64,000 bases of DNA from Orbicella franksi (taxonomy: Eukaryota): contig OZ116704.1 in assembly GCA_964199315.1 (NCBI GenBank), positions 30,504,001 to 30,568,000 of the forward strand, read 5' to 3'. A program made the position numbers and the translations under genes. Below, piece after piece: positions 1 to 9,801 of this stretch. The notes under the pieces were generated by a model. The model did no database searches and had not been told where the DNA came from. It was given only the letters and a program-made list of their open reading frames with translations. Every line of letters starts with the position of its first letter. The first letter of the stretch is position 1.

Positions 1-361
1 TGATCAGGACTGTTGTAAATCAGTAGGGTGGGTAGCCCAGATGGGAGGGCACCTGACTCCCTAGCTCCAGAACAATGACTTCGTAGAATCTCAATCAAAC
101 TTCAACTTAGGTAAGTTTCGTTTAATTTTACAATTCTACTTCGTCATTGGTCAATGTCGCTAAGGAGTCACGTGAGACTTTAAAGCGTCATGATCATGAG
201 CAAAACCATGAACATCAATCTATTTAATGCAATATAGATGACAACAGGGTGCTGTAACAAGGTACACACCACATCAAAATGTCATGTCTCTTCAAGTAAC
301 CTTACAGTAACAGTAACAATATGGTAAACAATTCTGGTTGAAACAGCTGTGTAAAAAGCAT

Positions 362-1591
362 TTAACGGTGACTATGCAGCAGTTCATGTCCGAAGTTTGC
401 GGCAGTGTCTTGGATAGGCTTATCATAAAACCGAGCAAAGGTGCTCACACTACTCCAACCTGCCGCAGACAAGATAGTGTCAATAGGGACCTGTTTCCCT
501 TTTGCAGCTGATGTGGCGGCTGCTCTTGTGCTATGTGCTTTATATACACCAGTGTCAATTCCTGCTTTGGCCATGACATTCTTGATCCAGCGAGCGATAG
601 TGTCAGTTGACACAGGCTTGTGAGGCTTCTGATAGCCAATCAGCAACTGGTCAGTTTCTCCTCGTAAGTGAGATGTTCTATCGATATAGGCGTGCAAATG
701 TTGTACAACACACAGGTTCCGGTCAGCCTCGTATGCCAAAAACTCAATTCGACCTAGGTGCTTGCCCGGCCGAGTGGTCTTCAGTGGTGTTTCAATGGTA
801 AATACACATGTGTTTGCAGTTAAATTCATTGAGGTCAGATTAAGCGCCTTCAGCGTCTGTGCTCTCTGGCCAGACAAGAGGGCAAGCAACATGGTAAGCT
901 TCCAGGACAGATCTCTCAGACTTAAATCCACTCCAAGAGTCCAGGTGGCAAGTACCTTTAGGACAGAGTTTACATCCCATATTTCTTTGTATCGTGGGAG
1001 GGAAGGCCTACTTTCGAAAACGCCTTTCACAAACCTGGTAACGAGCGGATGGCTGCCAAAATGAACACTCCCAGGAAGCACAATAATAGAGGACAGGGCA
1101 CTACGTGCAGTGTTAATACAGCTGTATCCCACACCAGTAGCAAAGAGGTCTCCAAGGAAATTTATGCCATCCTGTAAAGTGGCCTGAAGGGGATTAATTT
1201 TCCGTCGACAGCAGAATGATTCCCACTTCTTGTAGTAAGTTTGTTACTGGGTTGTGGTGCCCGGTCTCCAGGACTGCATAATGATTCTGGAAGCTGCTGT
1301 CGAAATTCCTTGGCTTTCAAGGGATCTCCAGACAAGTGGCACATCAGCAGCTCCAGTTTTGGATACAGAGGGTGAATCTTTTCTGGACTGCTCGGAAGAA
1401 ACAGCAGTTTCTTTCTTTTGGGTAGTAGTACTGGATTGTCGATCAGCATTCTCATCAAGACAGGCCACCACGTTTGGGTTGGCCATTTTGGCACAATGAT
1501 AATTCCTTGAACTTTCTCTTGTTGGAACTTCTGCAATACTCTGGAGATAAGAGAAAATGGAGGGAACATGTAAGGCACATATTGCTTCCAT
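362..1591 (-). pseudogene. DIRS tyrosine recombinase ORF interrupted by one in-frame TAA at 1244..1246
   Basis: ORFs 1244..1591 and 362..1132 are in the same frame, and the 37 codons between them are open (QTYYKKWESFC...FLGDLFATGVGYS). Catalytic R (SGQR), HSTR, W (AGW) and Y (RFY) are present. Confidence 0.85.
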
Positions 1592-3351
1592 GATAAATGA
1601 AATGCATCAATTGCCACAGCCCCTGGGTCAGGATGCCAGGATACATAGGGCTGAAGCTGGTGGTTTATTCTGGAAGCAAATAAGTCAATGTTGGGCTCAA
1701 CCTTTGCTGCATTGATGCAGTCCCTGAAAATAGTTCTGTCTAGTGTCCACTCAAGTTGCGAGTGAGACCGTCTAGATTGTCTATCAGCTTCCACATTCTC
1801 TACACCAGGGATATGGACAGCTGTCAGGCAAATATTTCTTTGGGCACACCATAACCAAATTTCTTTGGCTAGGTCATTTCTTTTTTCAGAGCTACTAGTA
1901 CCCATATGGTTAATATCAGACAGGGCAGTCATATTATCCACCATGACCTTCACATGCTGCCCATTAATGATAGGTGAAAAAGATTTAAGAGCCAAGTATA
2001 TGGCTAGGAGCTCTAAATAGTTTATGTGGTTTCTGGCTTCCTCTGCAGTCCAATGTCCACCTGTACTGGTATCGTTTAGGGCGCAGCCCCAGCCAGTGGA
2101 TGAGGCATCAGTTGACATGACAACAGTAGGCTCACCATGACTAATGACATTGTAACTGGCTTCAAGGTGTGTGTTCCACCACGATAATTCTGTACCAGCT
2201 TTGTCTGATACTACCATACAAGCATCATAATCACCCTTGCTATATCTTAAAGCAAGAGTTTTCTCCCTCTCTAACTGACGGAAATAGAGCGGGCCATACA
2301 TGACACCTGGGAAACTAGATACCATATACCCAAGGGCCCTTGAAACCTCCCGTATAGTGGTTTCTTTGGCCTTGATAAGCTTGGTACAAATTGATTTGAG
2401 CTTGTCGACTTTTTCATTGGTCAAATAAATTTTCATCTGGACTGAGTCCAAGACAAACCCCAAAAATAATAAGTTTTGTGAAGGGATAAAAACTGACTTT
2501 TGAGGGTGAATAATGAAACCCAATGAGAGGAACATTTTCACAGTGTCTAGAACATTAGCTAGGCATTCCTCATAACTTCCACCTTGTAGGTACGAGTCAT
2601 CAATATACGGTGAGTTTATATGCCCAAGTTGTCTCAAAACAGAGTAGGCTGGCTTCATTAGTTTAGTAAACTTCCTTGGGCAGAAAGCTAAACCATTAGG
2701 AAAACAGGTAAACTGATACAATTTGCCACCCCATTCAAACTTAAGGTACTTCTGGTCTGAAACCGCAATAGGTACGCAGTAATATGCGTCCTTGAGGTCA
2801 ACAGAGGCCATATAGCAGTTAGGGGTAATAAGACTTATTACACTTTGAAGGGTATCCATTTTAAAGTGGTTGTATTGCACATGCTTATTCAGGTTTTTAA
2901 GGTTCAGGATCATTCGGTGAGAGCCATCTTTTTTGGGTCGCACAAAAACAGAAGAGATAAACTCCCCTGGTTCATGACTGGTTTCAACAACAACTGCCTT
3001 CTGAAGCAAGCTTGCAACCTCTTTGGAAATAATAGCATTTTCTTCTACACTAAAACATTTCACTGCAGGGGGGCGTGTTTGGCAAGGCTTAGTGTCAAAT
3101 TCAATGTATTGTCCTGACACCATTTGAAGAATCTCAGTGTCTGAGGTGATTCTTTGCCAACAATGGACAAATTGTGCCAGCCTACCGCTTTTGAAGCAAC
3201 TTGTTTGGGCAACAAGGTAAGCTATGAGTGTAGGAATAAAGCCTTCAAATTGGGTTACCTGTAACATGTGGAGCTTGGACATAATGTCATCGGCAGTATT
3301 TATTTCTTGCTGGTTTCCTCCTTTTTCTTCCAGGTTTTCTGGGGCTTCCAC
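1162..3351 (-). CDS. DIRS pol: reverse transcriptase, RNase H and a C-terminal Dam-like methyltransferase domain
   Basis: RT motifs DLKDAY, FPNGLAFCPRKFTK and YIDD; RNase H motifs TDASSTGWG, HINYLELLA and VDN; MT-like motifs IDLFAS...FPPF...VPKWPTQTWW. The frame is uninterrupted; the start codon is uncertain (ORF opens at GTG). Confidence 0.95.
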   Translation of the reverse strand: MEAPENLEEKGGNQQEINTADDIMSKLHMLQVTQFEGFIPTLIAYLVAQTSCFKSGRLAQFVHCWQRITSDTEILQMVSGQYIEFDTKPCQTRPPAVKCFSVEENAIISKEVASLLQKAVVVETSHEPGEFISSVFVRPKKDGSHRMILNLKNLNKHVQYNHFKMDTLQSVISLITPNCYMASVDLKDAYYCVPIAVSDQKYLKFEWGGKLYQFTCFPNGLAFCPRKFTKLMKPAYSVLRQLGHINSPYIDDSYLQGGSYEECLANVLDTVKMFLSLGFIIHPQKSVFIPSQNLLFLGFVLDSVQMKIYLTNEKVDKLKSICTKLIKAKETTIREVSRALGYMVSSFPGVMYGPLYFRQLEREKTLALRYSKGDYDACMVVSDKAGTELSWWNTHLEASYNVISHGEPTVVMSTDASSTGWGCALNDTSTGGHWTAEEARNHINYLELLAIYLALKSFSPIINGQHVKVMVDNMTALSDINHMGTSSSEKRNDLAKEIWLWCAQRNICLTAVHIPGVENVEADRQSRRSHSQLEWTLDRTIFRDCINAAKVEPNIDLFASRINHQLQPYVSWHPDPGAVAIDAFHLSWKQYVPYMFPPFSLISRVLQKFQQEKVQGIIIVPKWPTQTWWPVLMRMLIDNPVLLPKRKKLLFLPSSPEKIHPLYPKLELLMCHLSGDPLKAKEFRQQLPESLCSPGDRAPQPSNKLTTRSGNHSAVDGKLIPFRPLYRMA

Positions 3352-4295
3352 CTGGACTGGAAATGGCCCTTGCCTAAAAAAGGCTGGCCCTGTTTCTGGC
3401 GATAAGGAGGTTTGGTGAAAGATTTATTAGTGCTATTGTGCACTGCCGTGTGACTAATTCGGTTTGAGGCTCGAATTGCAGTAAGCTGCGACTGAAGCTC
3501 GTCGCCAAATAACAAGTTGGTAACCGGCGTTTGCGAAGAACACAGCGAGCCGTATTCCTTGTTAAGGTTGGGTTTGATAGCTTCCCGTCTACGAAGCGAG
3601 AGCTCGTAATTGGTGTGACCCAACAGGGCAATGGCATCAATTTGTGCTGTGACTAAGGCGCCCGTGTCGAGCTTGCCACTTTGCGTGCCCTGGCCTCGAA
3701 AATCCATGAGCTTCTGGGTTGATTGAGCAATAATGGCTCCAACCTTCACTATCATGTTCTGAATAGCGGACAATCTGAGGTCCTGCTTTTTCCCATGATG
3801 GGTTAATTTTCCCCAAATCTCTGGGTTCACTTTGGAGGCAACAAGCTTCTCGCAGTTTTCAGGGCGAGCGTATTTCTCGACCGTCTCTTTGACCTTGTTC
3901 TCACTCAGTTTCGAAGCCCATCTCTTATTGATAATATCTGCAAGTTGCTTGGATGTTGGGCTGCTCACCTTGTCATCTTTTGAGAAGTCAAGGGCCAATT
4001 TCTTTAAAAGATCGTCTTCGCCTTCATTGTTGCAGGAGTCCTGCGTTTTGGCGGACGACGTTTTGGCGCCTTCGGAGTCGTTCTCAGCGCTGGTTGCAAG
4101 AAGCTTTTGAACGTCCGAATCATCGCTTTCACCGCCAGTTTCAACAGCATCACCGGCATCAACTCTAGGTTTCTTTGTTTCCCCATTTAAAGGGTCTAAA
4201 GTCCCAGAGCGAGCGTCTCGCTTCGCTGGGCGCTGCTTCGACAAAGCAGCGAAAGCTTCGCCCATGGCGGACAATGAACCCGCCGTGTGATCCAT
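3300..4295 (-). CDS. DIRS ORF1, gag-like protein
   Basis: Long open frame (ORF track 3300..4388). The first ATG inside the element that fits is at 4295 (MDHTAG...). It lies upstream of and overlaps pol, and contains a typical DIRS ORF1 stretch (RPENCEKLVASKVNPEIW...LFGDEL). Confidence 0.8.
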   Translation of the reverse strand: MDHTAGSLSAMGEAFAALSKQRPAKRDARSGTLDPLNGETKKPRVDAGDAVETGGESDDSDVQKLLATSAENDSEGAKTSSAKTQDSCNNEGEDDLLKKLALDFSKDDKVSSPTSKQLADIINKRWASKLSENKVKETVEKYARPENCEKLVASKVNPEIWGKLTHHGKKQDLRLSAIQNMIVKVGAIIAQSTQKLMDFRGQGTQSGKLDTGALVTAQIDAIALLGHTNYELSLRRREAIKPNLNKEYGSLCSSQTPVTNLLFGDELQSQLTAIRASNRISHTAVHNSTNKSFTKPPYRQKQGQPFLGKGHFQSRWKPQKTWKKKEETSKK

Positions 4296-4565
4296 GTTTC
4301 GGTCCAAATTAGTGACCGCTCTGGTTTCGCGCGCATATCTCACGTGACTCCTTAGCGACATTGACCAATGACGAAGTAGAATCAACACGGTGTCGTTTTA
4401 ATATTATATAGCGAACTGGTTCAAGACAAAAAGGTGAAATTTGATTGGTTCCTGAGCGTTCCAAGTTTTAGAATATGGACTGCAAAAATGGCTCACTGAC
4501 GAGTTAGTTTCGGGGAACTGCTTTTTAAATAAAAACATTGCGTAAAAGAATACAGTTTGTTGTAG

Positions 4566-4569
<4 letters not shown>

Positions 4570-4642
<73 letters not shown>
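4570..4642 (+). repeat. (TTA)n microsatellite
   Basis: About 24 perfect TTA units. Confidence 0.98.
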
Positions 4643-5094
4643 TTCACATTTGGCGCACAATTCTTGTTCACATAATAACTTTCACGAAAGCAACTCGCGC
4701 GGTGCGCGTCTACCGAGAACGGATCGTTAGGCCACAGTAATTTTTAAGCAGAGACTTTCTAATTAATACTTTCGGTCTGGCAGTTGGACAATATTGGTCT
4801 CGTAATTTTTTGCAAGTTTCTGGATCGAGCTGCAGGCTTTGCAACTAAATTGGCAAAATAGAACTTGGTCAATACATTGCCCAGTCGGGTTCTCAAGCTA
4901 AATCAATAGCAAATATTGATTATTTTGCTTGCAACTCAAACATCCTCGAAGCGGAGGCAGGGGTTTTGGATGGAATGAAAAATCAATCGCAAAAAAAACA
5001 ACAATAACAACAACAACAAAGCATGCAGCGGACTGTTCAAAGAGTAGGCAAATGCTACAAACTAAGAGAAACGAGAAGAGCAAGCTTTAGATAC

Positions 5095-6622
5095 CTTTTG
5101 ATCCAGTAATGCCTCGAGGTCCCGCGGGACCTTCCCTTCCGTCTCTACCGTCCCGTCCTGAAAATTTCAACATCCTCTCTGTAATTTCAAACTGACGAAC
5201 ACATTTGACAATTTGTAACAATAGCGATAGATTCAAGCCAATTGAGAGGCAACAAGATACCGAATCTTACACTGTAATGACTGACTCCCATCTAGAAAAG
5301 CGTAAATTGCAGATATTCTAACAAGCCAAGAGGCTAAAACCATTAATTATGATTATTTACTTAATTTCTTTTGATATAGTACTAGTATGCACTGACTATA
5401 TTTATATTTCAAGAGGCGGCTGATAATTATATATGGTAATCATACCATGTAGCCGAGTGTGGTCGCTTAGCTTCAGGTCGTAGTGTGTCCGACAGGCACT
5501 GTTTGATAGCTTAGATACCTGAGAGGAAACTTAGGACTGGGATCAGTCCCCTCCCCTTAACCCTCCCACCCCTCCCCACTCCTAAAAGTAGTAGTATTTC
5601 CGACGTGTAAAGCAAACGACTGAAGCAAATACATCTAAACGCAACGTTTTTTTTTTTTATATCTCCCAACTCAAATACGTGTCACGTGTCACGTGTCGTG
5701 GGTCAAAACCCACTAACTCGATCCGTAAGGAGACAACGACTTGAACCTTGGACTTTAGACTCGTGATCAAGTGGTGACAAAAATTTGTGTAACAGCCGGC
5801 ATCAAGCAAACGATTTTTCGCAGCTTTTATTTTTATTTTTATTTTTATTTTTGAGTTGGAAGGTATGACTGGCCAAAAGGGAAACTGTGAGTTGCTTAGT
5901 CTATTGAGAATTCAACATTGGGGTGACGTACAGGATTCTCCTGCTGTGAGTGCATGTACCTGGGTAGAGTCACATCACCTTTGTACAGTTATATCCAATA
6001 TTCAAAGTTGCGTCAATACAAACAAATGTAAAAGCAAAGAAACAAAAACAAACCAAAAAAGAAGGCTATTCTGAACAGAGGTAAACAAAAGTTTGTTCAT
6101 TACCAGCAGGTCCGGGGGGCCCTGGCATGCCATCTCTTCCGTCTCGACCTAAACGAAATTCCAGACAATCAATAATCACAGCTCTATCATCGTCGGGATC
6201 GGAGGTCGAGCTATCCCAGCCTTTAATTTTCACAAAAATAATAAAACAAAACATAGACACAAAAACTGAAAAAATGTTTTCTTACCTCGGAACGAGGACT
6301 TGCTTTCTAGTGCGATAATCCTCTTTGTAAGGTCAGCCAAAGTTGTTGTGGGGTTTGCATTTCGCCCATGTCTTACGTGTACAGCGCTGGGCGATTCTTT
6401 AGCCTCATTCTTGGACCGGAGTTGTTTCATTTCTTCAGAAATCTCAATGAGCGTGTTTTCTACTAAAACCATTCGCCTTTGCACAGAGACCAGTGAAATA
6501 AACAGAACTACGATGCAAGAAATCATGCACGTAATTGCAACGAAGTACACGAAGCAACGAAATCGCTCCGACAGCAAGCGATTCGCAGGTTTTCGTTCCT
6601 TACTTAATTCTTGCTGATCCAT
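5095..6622 (-). CDS. Type II membrane collagen-like protein (short-chain collagen/CTHRC-like), first three exons; 3' part not in window
   Basis: Exons 6622-6286, 6148-6104 (45 bp) and 5157-5095 (63 bp), all GT-AG and phase 1. They encode a cytoplasmic N-terminus, a TM helix (FVYFVAITCMISCIVVLFISLV), a coiled coil, RHGR, then GRDGRDGMPGPPGPA-GRDGRDGREGPAGPRGITGSK. Confidence 0.85.
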
Positions 6623-8056
6623 TTAACCTCAGTAGAATTCAAACCCCTAAATCAAAATTAGGCAAAATTGGACTTCGACGGCAGAGATGCTCCGTGTTTG
6701 CGGAGAAGTCAGCCCCTAAAAGACCCTTCACTTATTACGTGCAACTTTCGAGAAAGGCCTTTATATATTGTAGTTGTTTCAGTTGGATTCGATTTCATTT
6801 TACAGTAAGTGTCTTATCGTTCTGATTATTGTATGTCTAAAGCCGGATAATATGATGTAAATCGAACGTAAAGGAAATAACCCGATTTCCCTTTTTGTGG
6901 GGTTTGCATGCACCCTTCCTAACAGTCACTCTAGCCTGCGTTGTACGCCCTGAAGGATGCTACTAACATGTACATGTGAACAGTCAAGTACATGCACATG
7001 CAGTAGCTTATCCCCGCGGGCCATATGCGCTTCCCGCGACTAATTTATTTATCTGAATTTGTGAAATAAGGTCACTGTTGTTGTTGTTTTTATAAATATG
7101 TTGATGTTTATGAAACGTGACAGAGCACACGGACGAGAGATATCGATCCGTAAGAGAAAATTGCCACAGGTCATGGGGCTCACGTAGCAAGCTTTCGTTA
7201 ATTATGCTGACTCATAGTTCTTTTCGTTTGGAAAGGCAAAGTAGGTCAAAGGTCAAATGAAATGCCTTCAGAGAGGAAGCTTTCTAAGCGAGACACAAAG
7301 TTTCGAGGTGAAATGAGAGAAACCAGCTTTACGTGTTTCATTCAGCAGATCAGAGCCTACAGTATTAGGCGGATTTTTTTCAGCATTCAACGTTAAATGT
7401 CTTTCACAACATGCATGAACAATGGCGCTCAATGAGCAACAGTTAGACAAAGCTGGAAATTAAAGAAGATAGTTTTGCATTTCAAAGGCTGGTTTTTCAC
7501 TAACTTATAAGCAAGAAGGCGGCCTTAGGAAGATGCTCTACGTGTCAATTATCGGCTTATGCTGCTTGTGTTAGGGAATTCTCCTAAAAACAGCCGCTAA
7601 TGATTATCAACAGGTTATTACGCCTGCCCATTTGATTGGCTGGAATATATTATTGGACATGCCTACGTGCTATTAGGTTTAGCTAAGGTTTTGAGCTACC
7701 GCTGAAAGAGACGAAATTTCACATATTTCTTAGTTTGGGAAAAATCTCTCTCGGGGGTCCATAAAGGAGCAAAAAACATTAAGGCCAATAGCCAGCCATA
7801 TTAATATCGACCAAACAGGTATGGTCAATCTAAAGGATTTATTAGGGCACCATTTTCTTGCGGGATAGAGCGGGCAGTCCCGAGCGAGAATGATAGCTCC
7901 ATCTTGCCGGATCGCGCGAGTAGACGATCAAAGCGCTAGACTTCACTCATACCGTAGGCTCGCGGAGCAAGCCATATATAATAGGTAAACTTCGGGTCCT
8001 AATTGAGATTTGCCAGTTTTGTCGCAAACTGATCGTCGCCTTGGAAAAAATCGAAT

Positions 8057-8219
8057 AGGCCATTTCCGAGTTGCCCCATTGCGTTTATGTTAAAACGAGT
8101 CTTCGGGCGAAAATGCGTCCTATCTGTAAGTTCATTTTCATGCAAATTTTTGTAAGAAACGTTTTTCGCGAGGTCGACTCGTTTTGAAACAGAGGAAAAA
8201 TGCAACTCGGAAATGGCCT
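8057..8219. mobile_element. MITE with TIR aggccatttccgagttg (related copy at 28506..28687)
   Basis: Inverted termini aggccatttccgagttg / caactcggaaatggcct. Confidence 0.8.
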
Positions 8220-8543
8220 TTTAAATAAAGACGAATATGTATACACACGCAGTGTTTACATATCAGTACAGTTCACCGTACAATAGTCGTTCGTTGATCA
8301 AGGAAACAAGATGCTGTTTGCAGGTCATTGAATCGATTCTGCCCAGTGATAACACCGTGAGCAATGTTACATTTATAAAGCGATCAGATGACATCGTGAA
8401 AATACACGGGGATGCTTATCCTCACAAGTGGAAATAACATAAATGGATACATACCGTTGGCCGCGCGGAATGGTTTTTCATGGCTGCCGCTAAAACATGC
8501 CTTGAGGCTCTCAAATTTGGTTAGTATCCTGGGGGGGGGGGGG

Positions 8544-8920
8544 GGGGAATTCCTACATGAAAAGGTCGGGAATGCTCGTCGGAAAATTTGAATTAAACTC
8601 TTAAAGGCGACCTATTTGGGCATAGCTCAAGCTTTATTTGATCCCTAAAAGATACCACTCAAAACGGAATAGGCTGGATCACCAGCTGCTGATCAGGAAA
8701 GGGGCTTGTGCCAGTAGACCGGACTCAAGTTTAAAAAACGACAAAGACTGAGCATTTCTTTTTTAATTACTATTTCTTCAAATGCATCCTAAGAGATACT
8801 GTGGCAGCTGAAAATATTGGCGTTATGTCATCGACACCCTAAGTGAGACCAAAATCCTTGATTTACATCCGTAAGCGAGATGACGAGAATCACCGACCTT
8901 TTCATTTGGGAGTTTCCTCC
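8544..8920. mobile_element. MITE-like non-autonomous DNA element
   Basis: Imperfect TIRs ggaattcctacatgaaaaggtcgg / ccgaccttttcatttgggagtttcc. Confidence 0.65.
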
Positions 8921-9801
8921 TAGGGATTGGCATGTCATACCTGTAGCTTTCATAACGTCTTAACACAGAAGACAACGAGTTGAATATTATTAAAATAAAT
9001 ACTGTGATAATGCAACTCAGTATCTACTAATGGGAAAGAATTCATACGTTTCCAAATTTGCTATTACGCGAAGTGCAAAGGTTACTCTAAACGGCAGGTT
9101 CATGAAGTTTGCTTTTCACTGTAGCGTTCAATAACATTGCGCCTTCATCGGCCTGTACTAAAATCACTTAGAATATTTCATCTCTGAATAAACCGTTTAA
9201 AATCACTGTCGCATGTAGTTACAGTTATTTGGAAACCTTTTAGGGCTGGCAAAAAGAATTTTACAAAATAAAACGTAGCGTAGCTTTTAATAACGCTTGA
9301 AAAACCACAAGAGATTGAAAACAGTTCAAAAGTAAACAGGAAGGGATTGTTTTAGTACAAAGTTAAGCGCTTCAGTGGAGTGGAATCTAAACTAATTATA
9401 TATTAACAAAGTGGGCAAGAAAGGCCAAACGGTTTTAATTATCATTTGTGAACACCTTTGTCGAAAAACTGGTGCTTTTGTTGAAAAAAGAAATTACTTG
9501 TTACTAAAAGCCAATTGGTCCCTTGAATTTAACTGTCATTACGGAAATAAAGCAGGTTTGTTTCAATTTTAATGCTTTTCAGTAATTTGGCGATGTGTCT
9601 GTGACCGCGAATCGAGGTATAGAAGCGTGTAAGATTAAACCCCTTCACTAATTTAAAACAAATTACGAAATTTTCAAACCAAACATTACAGAGAAGAGTG
9701 AAGTGGCGAACACATATTTTTAACATGGAAACAGTATTACACGTTTGGCCAGAACCGAGTAGAAAAAAATAGCAGTACTGTTTATCCTCTCGGAGTGAGA
9801 A

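Larger units (their letters stand above)
1..4382 (-). mobile_element. DIRS1-type (tyrosine recombinase) retrotransposon; 5' terminus at about 4382, 3' terminus beyond the left edge of the window
   Basis: gag-like, RT/RNaseH/MT and YR ORFs overlap in the DIRS order. 4338..4382 is the exact reverse complement of 133..177 (45 bp), as expected for the left terminus and the internal complementary region (ICR). Confidence 0.95.

Noticed and set aside
441-4186. Short ORFs antisense to or overlapping the DIRS ORFs
   Set aside because: Shadow ORFs of long coding frames, with no recognisable motifs.
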